Part shown: piece after piece, positions 24,517 through 32,000 of the stretch
Numbering within the stretch: the stretch's first letter is position 1
How the letters are laid out: each line of letters opens with the position of its first letter
Source of the DNA: Mycolicibacterium smegmatis
GTDB taxonomy: Bacteria; Actinomycetota; Actinomycetes; Mycobacteriales; Mycobacteriaceae
Assembly (NCBI RefSeq): GCF_001457595.1
Contig: NZ_LN831039.1
Span: forward strand, 5,310,001 to 5,342,000
Reading direction: 5' to 3'
DNA: 32,000 nt
The notes under the pieces: model-generated
The model's database searches: none
Told to the model about the DNA's origin: nothing
The model's input: the letters and a program-made list of their open reading frames with translations, nothing else
Translations under genes and position numbers: made by a program

Positions 24517-24530
24517 TGCAACACGTTCTA
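24517..24530. promoter_or_regulatory. Candidate KstR operator TGCAACACGTTCTA
   Basis: Exact match to TnnAACnnGTTnnA, 12 nt upstream of the ATG at 24543 that opens the three-gene dehydrogenase operon. Confidence 0.75.
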
Positions 24531-24542
24531 GCGAGGAGGCCC

Positions 24543-25622
24543 ATGTCCGACGCCGTCTTGGTCACAGGAGCCTTCGGGCTGGTGGGGTCTGCAGTCGTCG
24601 CGACGCTGGCCGCGCAGGGTCGGCCGGTCGTCGCGACCGACGTCGGCACCCCCGCCAACCGCAAATCAGCAACCGGGCTGCCGCCGACGGTCGAGGTGCG
24701 GTGGGCCGATCTGACCGACGCCGCCGCTGTCGACACCCTCGTCGCCGACGTGGCGCCCGCGGCGATCGTCCACCTCGCCGCGATCATCCCGCCGTTCTGC
24801 TACATGCGGCGCGAGTTGGCCCGCAAGGTCAACGTCGATGCCACCGAGTCGCTGCTGCGGGCCGCCGAGGCGCGAGCCACCCCGCCTCGGTTCGTGCTCG
24901 CGTCGAGCGTCGCGGTGTACGGCACGCGCAACCCGCACAGCATCACCGACGTGCTGACCGCCGACACCCCGGTCAACCCGGTCGACATCTACGGCGCGCA
25001 CAAGGTCGAAGCCGAGAACCTGGTGCGGGCCTCGCGGCTGGACTGGCTGATCCTGCGGCTCGGCGGCGTGATGAGCTCGACGTTCAGCGTGGACATGGAC
25101 GTCGAACTGATCTCGCTCGAGAGCGTCCTGCCCGCCGACGGGCGGTTGCAGACCGTCGACGTGCGCGACGTCGCGACGGCCTTCGCTGCGGCCACCACGG
25201 TGCCCGTCGAAATTGCCAACCACGAGGTGCTGCTCATCGGCGGCGACCCGCAGACACACCGGCACACGCAGGCCCGGGTGGGCTCGGAAGCGGCCGAGGC
25301 CATGGGCATCCGGGGCGGGCTGCCGGCCGGACGGCCCGGCAACCCGGACGACGACCAGGCGTGGTTCCACACCGACTGGATGGACACCACCCGCGCGCAG
25401 GAAGTGCTCACGTTCCAGCGCCACAGCTGGCCCCAACTGCTCGCCGACACACGCGCCAACGCCGGCTGGAAGCGCCACCCGCTCGGCCTGGCCGCACCGC
25501 TGATCCGGGCGTTCCTCAGGTCGAAGTCGGCCTACAAGAACTATCCGGGCCGCTACGCCGATGTGTGGAACGCCGTCGAGAAACGCTGGGGCAACCCCCG
25601 ACCGGATCGGAGCGAGGCATGA
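24543..25622 (+). CDS. NAD-dependent epimerase/dehydratase family (extended SDR)
   Basis: MSDAVLVTGAFGLVGSAVVATLAAQGRPVVATD, active-site YGAHK, AGGAGG RBS. Confidence 0.9.
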   Translation: MSDAVLVTGAFGLVGSAVVATLAAQGRPVVATDVGTPANRKSATGLPPTVEVRWADLTDAAAVDTLVADVAPAAIVHLAAIIPPFCYMRRELARKVNVDATESLLRAAEARATPPRFVLASSVAVYGTRNPHSITDVLTADTPVNPVDIYGAHKVEAENLVRASRLDWLILRLGGVMSSTFSVDMDVELISLESVLPADGRLQTVDVRDVATAFAAATTVPVEIANHEVLLIGGDPQTHRHTQARVGSEAAEAMGIRGGLPAGRPGNPDDDQAWFHTDWMDTTRAQEVLTFQRHSWPQLLADTRANAGWKRHPLGLAAPLIRAFLRSKSAYKNYPGRYADVWNAVEKRWGNPRPDRSEA

Positions 25623-26389
25623 ACCGACGCGTCGCAATCGTCATCGGAGGCGCCTCGGGTATCGGCTGGGCCAGCGCCAAGGCACTGGCCGACGACGGCT
25701 GCCGCATCGTGGTGGCCGACCGCGACGCCGACGCCGCCGCGGCCTGCGCTGCAGAACTGGGCGCACCGCACACCAGCGGACACGTCGACGTCACCGACGA
25801 AGAGTCGGTCGAGCGGCTGTTCGCCGAGGTCAGCGCGGCCGGGCCGATCGACATCGTGATCAACTGCGCCGGGTTCAGCAACGTCGGCCTGATCACCGAC
25901 ATGCCGGCCGAGGACTTCCGTTCGGTGATCGACGTGTGCCTCACCGGCGGGTTCATCGTCGCCAAACACGCGGGCAGGCATCTGCCGCGCGGCGGTGTGC
26001 TGGTGTCGATCTCGTCGCTCAATGCCCGCCAGCCGGCGGCCGGCATGAGCGCCTACTGCGCGGCCAAGGCCGGCCTGTCGATGCTCACGCAGGTTGCCGC
26101 GCTCGAGATGGGTGAGGCAGGCATAAGGGTCAACGCGATCGCTCCCGGCTTTGTGCACACGCCGCTCACCGCACCCGCGGCCATGATCCCCGGCGTGGTC
26201 GAGGAGTACGTCGAGAACACCGCGCTGGGGCGCGCCGGGACACCCGAGGACATCGCGGCCGCGGTGGTGTTCGTGTGCTCGCCGCAGGCGTCCTGGCTCA
26301 CCGGCGAGGTCCTGGACCTCAACGGCGGCGCACACCTGCGCCGCTACCCGGATGTGCTCGGACACGTGATGAGGCTGGCGCAGGGATGA
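25619..26389 (+). CDS. SDR family oxidoreductase
   Basis: VAIVIGGASGIGWASAKAL, INCAG, YCAAK, C-terminal LDLNGGAHL; ATGA overlap with the upstream gene. Confidence 0.93.
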   Translation: MNRRVAIVIGGASGIGWASAKALADDGCRIVVADRDADAAAACAAELGAPHTSGHVDVTDEESVERLFAEVSAAGPIDIVINCAGFSNVGLITDMPAEDFRSVIDVCLTGGFIVAKHAGRHLPRGGVLVSISSLNARQPAAGMSAYCAAKAGLSMLTQVAALEMGEAGIRVNAIAPGFVHTPLTAPAAMIPGVVEEYVENTALGRAGTPEDIAAAVVFVCSPQASWLTGEVLDLNGGAHLRRYPDVLGHVMRLAQG

Positions 26390-27204
26390 GGTTCACGGGC
26401 AAGACCGCGATCGTCACCGGCGCGGGATCCGGGATCGGCGCGGCGCTGTGCCGCGCACTGGTGGATGCCGGTGCCGACGTGCTGTGCACCGACGTCGACG
26501 CCGACGCCGCCGCACGCACGGCCGCCGCACTCGGCGCGCGGTCGGCGCGCCTCGACGTCACCGACGCCGCGGCCGTGCAGGCCACCGTCGACGATGTGGT
26601 CGCCCGCGCGGGGCGGCTGGACCTGATGTTCAACAACGCAGGCATCGTGTGGGGCGGCGACACCGAACTGCTCACGCTCGACCAGTGGAACGCGATCATC
26701 GACGTCAACATCCGCGGCGTCGTGCACGGTGTCGCCGCGGCGTACCCGCAGATGATCCGCCAGGGCCACGGCCACATCGTCAACACCGCGTCGATGGCCG
26801 GGCTGGCCGCGGCCGGTCAGCTCACCAGCTACGTGATGAGCAAGCACGCCGTCGTCGGGCTGTCGCTGGCACTGCGCTCGGAAGCCGCCGCACACGGCGT
26901 CGGTGTGCTCGCGGTGTGCCCCGCGGCCGTGGAGACGCCGATCCTCGACAAGGGCGCGGTCGGCGGGTTCGTGGGACGTGATTATTTCCTGCGCGGTCAG
27001 GGCATGAAGACGGCGTACGACCCGGACCGGTTGGCCGCCGACACCCTGGGCGCGATCGAGCGCAACAAGGCCCTGCTGGTCAAACCGCGTCGAGCTCACG
27101 CGTCGTGGCTGTTGGCGCGTCTCGCGCCCGGTCTGATGCAGCGGCTGTCGGTGCGGTTCGTCGCCGCCCAGCGCGCATCGCAGGCCCGCACGGCAAACCA
27201 CTAG
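26386..27204 (+). CDS. SDR family oxidoreductase
   Basis: TAIVTGAGSGIGAALCRALVDAGADVLCTDVD, FNNAG, YVMSK; ATGA overlap with the upstream gene. Confidence 0.93.
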   Translation: MRFTGKTAIVTGAGSGIGAALCRALVDAGADVLCTDVDADAAARTAAALGARSARLDVTDAAAVQATVDDVVARAGRLDLMFNNAGIVWGGDTELLTLDQWNAIIDVNIRGVVHGVAAAYPQMIRQGHGHIVNTASMAGLAAAGQLTSYVMSKHAVVGLSLALRSEAAAHGVGVLAVCPAAVETPILDKGAVGGFVGRDYFLRGQGMKTAYDPDRLAADTLGAIERNKALLVKPRRAHASWLLARLAPGLMQRLSVRFVAAQRASQARTANH

Positions 27205-27266
27205 CCTGTCGCACCCGCTGCTCGCACCGACCGGGCGATACTGTTCACCCAGCGAGGAGGGGCCTG

Positions 27267-28454
27267 ATGGAGAACCAGTTCACCACCACCCAGAAGCGCG
27301 CGCTGGCGGTGGTGACCGTGCTGGCCCTGCTGCTCGGCGCGTACTTCCTGCGCACGTTCTTCGTCCTGATCGTGATGGCCGCCGTGGGCGCGTACCTGTT
27401 CTCGCCGCTGTACCAACGTCTTCTGCGGCGGTTCAACTCCGGCATCGCGGTCACTCTGACGGTGCTCGCGGCGCTGCTGATGGTGATCATCCCGGTGTCG
27501 CTGATCGTGTTCCTGGCCATCGTGCAGGTGTCGCAGATGGTCAACACCGTGAGTGCGTGGGTGGCCGACACGGACCTCTCCACACTCGGTGACCGCACAC
27601 TTCAGTTCATCAACTCCACGGCCGACCGCGTGCCGTTCCTCGACATCGACGTCACCCCGGAGTCGCTGCGCGACGCGATCGTCACGGTGTCGCAGCGCGT
27701 CGGCGAGTGGCTGCTCGGGGTGCTGCAGGGCGCGCTCGGCGGCCTCGCCGGTGCCCTGACCGCGTCGATCATCTTCCTGTACGTGTTCATCTCGCTGCTG
27801 GTCAACAGCGAGAAGGTGACCACGCTTGTCCGCCAGCTCAACCCGCTGGGCGAGGAGATCACCGACCTTTACCTCGCCAAGACCGGCGCGATGGTCAAGG
27901 GCACGGTCAAGGGCCAGTTCGTCATCGCGCTGGCCCAGGGCATCTCCGGCGCCATCTCGATCTACATCGCCGGATTCCACAACGGGTTCTTCGTGTTCGC
28001 GATCCTGTTGACCGCGCTGTCGGTGATCCCGCTGGGCGGCGGCATCGTCACCATCCCGTTCGGCATCGGAATGATGTTCTTCGGCAACACGATCGGCGGC
28101 ATCTTCATCGTCGCGTTCCACATCCTGGTGGTCACCAACATCGACAACGTGCTGCGGCCGATCCTGGTGCCCAAGGCCGCGCGCCTGGACGCGGCGCTCA
28201 TGCTGCTGGCGGTCTTCGCGGGTATCGCGATGTTCGGCTTCTTCGGGCTGGTGATCGGACCGGTACTGATGATCATCATCGTCACGACGATCAGCGTCTA
28301 CCTGGCGGTCTACAAGGGCGTCGAACTCGATACGTCGACAGAACCCGACGAACCGGACAAACCGCGCGCCCGCTGGTGGTCACCGAGTTGGTGGACGCAG
28401 AAATTCGCGGCCCGCACCAGCAAGCCGGCCGCTAAGAAGCCAGCCGCTCGGTGA
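27267..28454 (+). CDS. AI-2E transporter family membrane protein (Rv1101c-like)
   Basis: MENQFTTTQKRALAVVTVLALLLGAYFLRTFFVLIVMAAVGAYLFSPLYQRL... multiple TMs, VIPLGGGIVTIPFGI, VLRPILVPK, LLAVFAGIAMFGFFGLVIGP. Confidence 0.93.
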   Translation: MENQFTTTQKRALAVVTVLALLLGAYFLRTFFVLIVMAAVGAYLFSPLYQRLLRRFNSGIAVTLTVLAALLMVIIPVSLIVFLAIVQVSQMVNTVSAWVADTDLSTLGDRTLQFINSTADRVPFLDIDVTPESLRDAIVTVSQRVGEWLLGVLQGALGGLAGALTASIIFLYVFISLLVNSEKVTTLVRQLNPLGEEITDLYLAKTGAMVKGTVKGQFVIALAQGISGAISIYIAGFHNGFFVFAILLTALSVIPLGGGIVTIPFGIGMMFFGNTIGGIFIVAFHILVVTNIDNVLRPILVPKAARLDAALMLLAVFAGIAMFGFFGLVIGPVLMIIIVTTISVYLAVYKGVELDTSTEPDEPDKPRARWWSPSWWTQKFAARTSKPAAKKPAAR

Positions 28455-29256
28455 GGAACTCCACGACGCGCTTGCGCGCCTCGTAGGCCGGATGACCGTC
28501 GACCTCGCGGACCTCTTGTGTGAGCACCGAGTGCGCCGATTTCCCGAAGCCGTGCGGATTGCCCTTGCGCGAGTCGATCTCGATGACCTCGAACGCATCA
28601 CCGAGCCGCTGCTTGAGCGTCGAGAACCGCTCACCGGGCGCCATCCAGTCCTGGCTGAACCGCAACCCGAGCGCGCACAGGCCCTCGTCGGCGGCCCGCT
28701 TCTCGACGATGGTGAGTTCTTCCTCGGAAAGCCCCGGATCGCGTTTGTGTCTGGGCGTCAACGGAAGTGGCAGGGACGGCTGGCTCAGCACCGGGGCCAG
28801 CACGCTGTCGTCGACCGCGGCCGCCAGCGCGAAACCGCCCGTGAAGCACTGCCCGATGACGCCGACACCCTTACCCGGCGTGCGGGCGTTGAGGTCGCGC
28901 GCGAGCGCGCGCAGGTAATGCGCGACGGGCCGGTCGGCGTTGGTCGCGAATGCCGCGAACTCGCGTGTCACGCAGGCCTTCACGATCACCGGGACGGCGC
29001 CGGGCCCCATCGGCGGCTTCTCGGGGGTGCCGAACAGCGACGGTGCGGCGACGGTGAACCCGGCCTCGACGAGGTGGTCGCCGAGCCCGAGCACGCCGGG
29101 ATGCAGACCGGGCAGCTCGGGGATCAGCACGACGCCGGGGCCTTCGCCCTTGCGGTAGACGTCGTAGGTCTGGCCTGCCGCGGTGAACGGGGCCGCGGAC
29201 CATCCGGTGAGATCGGCGACCGGGTACTCGCTGGTGTCCGAGTTACGAGCGGCCAT
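28432..29256 (-). CDS. Dienelactone hydrolase family protein
   Basis: GVVLIPELPGLHPGVLGLGDHLVEAGF, nucleophile motif GVIGQCFTGG (Cys), C-terminal NPHGFGKSAH region. Confidence 0.9.
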   Translation of the reverse strand: MAARNSDTSEYPVADLTGWSAAPFTAAGQTYDVYRKGEGPGVVLIPELPGLHPGVLGLGDHLVEAGFTVAAPSLFGTPEKPPMGPGAVPVIVKACVTREFAAFATNADRPVAHYLRALARDLNARTPGKGVGVIGQCFTGGFALAAAVDDSVLAPVLSQPSLPLPLTPRHKRDPGLSEEELTIVEKRAADEGLCALGLRFSQDWMAPGERFSTLKQRLGDAFEVIEIDSRKGNPHGFGKSAHSVLTQEVREVDGHPAYEARKRVVEFLTERLAS

Positions 29257-29270
29257 CGCGGCTCCGTCCG

Positions 29271-29894
29271 TCAGCGCTGCACAGGAAGTGGCGACTGCTT
29301 CTGCGTCGCACTGGCCAGCGTACGGTACTCATCCGTACCGCCGGCGCCTGTGATCGCGATCTGCGCCGGTCCCGGCAGACGCGTCGTCCACACCGCCTCG
29401 GGGTCCTCGCTCTCGTAGACCACCCAGGTCACGCCGTCGACGTCCTGCGTGCCCGCGGCGTACGAGCTGGGCTTCATCGACGCGACGAGCGCGGACTCGT
29501 CGGCGTCGCTCTGGGTCAGGCTCATGTACATGCCGCTGGGGGCCAGGTAGCCGACGCGCGAGCTGACCGCGCGTACGTGCTGGCCGTCGGGCAGGGTGCG
29601 GCCGCCGTCGATACCGCTGCGGCCGCCGGAATTGGCCTGCCAGCCGTCAGGCAGGACGGGCAACCGGATGGGGATCTTGAGCGCTTCGGCATCGGCCTGC
29701 AGCGCCGCCGGGGCGTCGTATTCCGGGGCCGGGCCCGCACCTGGGCCGCTGCCCTGGAAAGAGCACATCCCCAGCATGCCTGCGAGCACGATGCAGGCCA
29801 CGACCAGCGGAGCCATCGACCAGAACATGTCGCGGCCGTCCTGCAGTAGCCTCGACTTTTCCGGCTTCGGCGCCGGGGTTGGCTGGGTGGTCAT
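29271..29894 (-). CDS. DUF4245-like membrane-anchored protein (Rv1100-like)
   Basis: [32 protein letters not shown] followed by an extracytoplasmic domain ([13 protein letters not shown]...); divergent from glpX. Confidence 0.88.
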   Translation of the reverse strand: MTTQPTPAPKPEKSRLLQDGRDMFWSMAPLVVACIVLAGMLGMCSFQGSGPGAGPAPEYDAPAALQADAEALKIPIRLPVLPDGWQANSGGRSGIDGGRTLPDGQHVRAVSSRVGYLAPSGMYMSLTQSDADESALVASMKPSSYAAGTQDVDGVTWVVYESEDPEAVWTTRLPGPAQIAITGAGGTDEYRTLASATQKQSPLPVQR

Positions 29895-29949
29895 GCCTGC
29901 CAGTATCCCAGCTCCCAAACCCCGACCTCGTTCTGGGAGAATCACGGCC

Positions 29950-30978
29950 ATGACACCCTCGCGCGGCGAAGCACCGGATCGAAATCTGGCCCTTGAACTT
30001 GTCCGGGTAACCGAGGCAGGAGCGATGGCCGCGGGCCGCTGGGTTGGCCGCGGCGACAAGGAAGGCGGCGACGGTGCGGCCGTCGACGCCATGCGTGAAC
30101 TGGTCAACTCGGTGTCGATGCGCGGCGTCGTGGTGATCGGTGAGGGCGAGAAGGACAACGCCCCGATGCTCTACAACGGCGAAGAGGTGGGCAACGGCGA
30201 CGGGCCGGAGTGCGACTTCGCCGTCGACCCGATCGACGGCACCACGCTGATGAGCAAGGGTATGCCCAACGCCATCTCGGTTCTCGCGGTCGCCGAGCGC
30301 GGTGCGATGTTCGACCCGTCGGCGGTGTTCTACATGAACAAGATCGCCGCGGGTCCCGACGTCGCCGACTTCATCGACATCACCTCGCCGATCGCGGCCA
30401 ACATCCAGCGCATCGCCAAGATGCGCAAGGCCTCGGTCTCCGACATCACCGTCTGCATCCTGGACCGCCCGCGCCACGCCAAGCTGATCGCCGACGTCCG
30501 CGCGGCCGGCGCACGGATCCGGCTGATCTCCGACGGCGACGTCGCCGGTGCGATCTCGGCGTGCCGCCCCGATTCGGGCACCGACCTGCTCGCGGGCATC
30601 GGCGGCACGCCCGAGGGCATCATCACCGCCGCGGCGATCCGCTGCATGGGCGGCGAGATCCAGGCGACCCTGGCCCCCACCGACGACGAGGAGCGCCAGA
30701 AGGCCATCGACCGCGGCCACGACCTGGACCGGGTGCTCACCACCAAGGACCTGGTGTCGGGTGAGAACGTGTTCTTCTGCGCCACCGGCGTCACCGACGG
30801 GGACCTGCTCAAAGGGGTGCGGTTCTTCGGCGGCGGGTGCACCACCCAGTCGATCGTCATGCGCTCGAAGTCGGGCACGGTCCGGATGATCGAGGCCTAC
30901 CACCGGTTGTCCAAGCTCAACGAATACTCCGCGATCAATTTCACCGGCGACAGCTCTGCCGCCTATCCCCTGCCGTAA
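29950..30978 (+). CDS. glpX: Class II fructose-1,6-bisphosphatase
   Basis: [81 protein letters not shown]. Confidence 0.97.
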   Translation: MTPSRGEAPDRNLALELVRVTEAGAMAAGRWVGRGDKEGGDGAAVDAMRELVNSVSMRGVVVIGEGEKDNAPMLYNGEEVGNGDGPECDFAVDPIDGTTLMSKGMPNAISVLAVAERGAMFDPSAVFYMNKIAAGPDVADFIDITSPIAANIQRIAKMRKASVSDITVCILDRPRHAKLIADVRAAGARIRLISDGDVAGAISACRPDSGTDLLAGIGGTPEGIITAAAIRCMGGEIQATLAPTDDEERQKAIDRGHDLDRVLTTKDLVSGENVFFCATGVTDGDLLKGVRFFGGGCTTQSIVMRSKSGTVRMIEAYHRLSKLNEYSAINFTGDSSAAYPLP

Positions 30979-31009
30979 CACACCAACAAACAAGGGACGC
31001 AACAGCACA

Positions 31010-32000
31010 ATGGCCGACACCGACGTCGAATACCGCATCGAACACGACACCATGGGTGAAGTCCGGGTACCCAAGGACGCCCTGTGGCGCGCGCAGACCC
31101 AGCGCGCGGTCGAGAACTTCCCCATCTCGTTCCGCGGCCTCGAGCGCACGCAGATCCGCGCGCTCGGTCTCCTGAAGGCCGCGTGCGCGCAGGTCAACAA
31201 GGACCTGGGCCTGCTGGACCCCGAGAAGGCCGACGCGATCATCGCCGCCGCGGGTGAGATCGCCGACGGCAAGCACGACGACCAGTTCCCCATCGACGTG
31301 TTCCAGACCGGCTCGGGCACGAGCTCGAACATGAACACCAACGAGGTGATCGCGTCGATCGCGGCAGCCAACGGTGTGACGGTGCACCCGAACGACCACG
31401 TGAACATGTCGCAGAGCTCCAACGACACCTTCCCCACCGCGACCCACATCGCGGCCACGGAAGCCGCTGTGCGCCATCTGATCCCGGCGCTGGAGGTCCT
31501 GCACGCATCGCTGGCCGCCAAGGCCAAGCAGTGGCGCACCGTCGTCAAGTCCGGCCGCACGCACCTCATGGACGCCGTGCCCGTCACGCTCGGGCAGGAG
31601 TTCGGCGGCTATGCGCGCCAGATCGAGGCAGGCATCGAACGCGTCAAGGCCACGCTGCCACGTCTCGGTGAACTCGCGATCGGCGGCACCGCCGTCGGCA
31701 CCGGCCTCAACGCGCCGGAAGGCTTCGGCGCCAAGGTCGTCGAGGTGCTCGTCAACGAGACCGGCCTGGCCGAGTTGCGCACCGCCGTCGATTCGTTCGA
31801 GGCGCAGGCCGCGCGCGACGGGCTGGTCGAGGCCTCCGGTGCGCTGCGCACCATCGCGGTGTCGCTCACCAAGATCGCCAACGACATCCGCTGGATGGGC
31901 TCGGGCCCGCTGACCGGCCTGGCCGAGATCCAGCTGCCGGACCTGCAGCCGGGCAGCTCGATCATGCCGGGCAAGGTCAACCCCGTCCTGCCCGAGGCCG
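31010..32000 (+). CDS. fumC: Class II fumarate hydratase (3' end truncated by window)
   Basis: [91 protein letters not shown]. Confidence 0.97.
   Translation, partial: MADTDVEYRIEHDTMGEVRVPKDALWRAQTQRAVENFPISFRGLERTQIRALGLLKAACAQVNKDLGLLDPEKADAIIAAAGEIADGKHDDQFPIDVFQTGSGTSSNMNTNEVIASIAAANGVTVHPNDHVNMSQSSNDTFPTATHIAATEAAVRHLIPALEVLHASLAAKAKQWRTVVKSGRTHLMDAVPVTLGQEFGGYARQIEAGIERVKATLPRLGELAIGGTAVGTGLNAPEGFGAKVVEVLVNETGLAELRTAVDSFEAQAARDGLVEASGALRTIAVSLTKIANDIRWMGSGPLTGLAEIQLPDLQPGSSIMPGKVNPVLPEA

Noticed and set aside
24332-26389. 685-aa plus-strand ORF
   Set aside because: Frame-shifted reading through the extended SDR gene. Only the region from ATG 25619 is a credible SDR.
29647-31587. 646-aa minus-strand ORF
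   Set aside because: Shadow of glpX and fumC, which are unambiguous on the plus strand.
1-32000. Defence island, prophage, secretion locus or transposon
   Set aside because: No integrase, transposase, tRNA-associated att site, restriction-modification gene, toxin-antitoxin gene or CRISPR features were seen. The gene set is metabolic, envelope and housekeeping.

Overview
This is a high-GC chromosomal window from a rapidly growing mycobacterium (inferred: Mycolicibacterium smegmatis or close). It is densely coding. A syntenic backbone matches the M. tuberculosis Rv1098c-Rv1112 neighbourhood in mirror orientation: fumC, glpX, DUF4245, AI-2E-type permease, 3beta-hydroxysteroid dehydrogenase, xseB, xseA, a lipid-droplet-associated-type protein, ispH, a DUF6542-type protein and ychF. 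I support 38 coding features. I see no tRNA or rRNA, IS element, prophage or CRISPR array.

The strongest signals beyond routine annotation are:
(1) Three separate matches to the KstR operator consensus TnnAACnnGTTnnA at start-proximal positions. They precede a DUF3556-like membrane protein gene, the 3beta-HSD gene, and a translationally coupled three-gene dehydrogenase operon.
(2) A 978-aa kinase / barrel-like linker / PLP phospho-lyase-type fusion, coupled by a 4-nt overlap to an alpha/beta hydrolase gene.
(3) A pair of 61-bp same-orientation elements with inverted ends flanking a DHFR/RibD-like gene; one copy carries the stop codon of the neighbouring hydrolase.
(4) A small protein with five tandem 7-residue ADERxxx repeats.
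(5) Palindromes at a TetR gene start and upstream of an ECF sigma gene with no adjacent anti-sigma gene.

No wholly new defence or mobile system is evident. The least explained parts are the SDR operon and the 61-bp repeat pair. Family calls come from reading sequences and motifs only; no database search was run.
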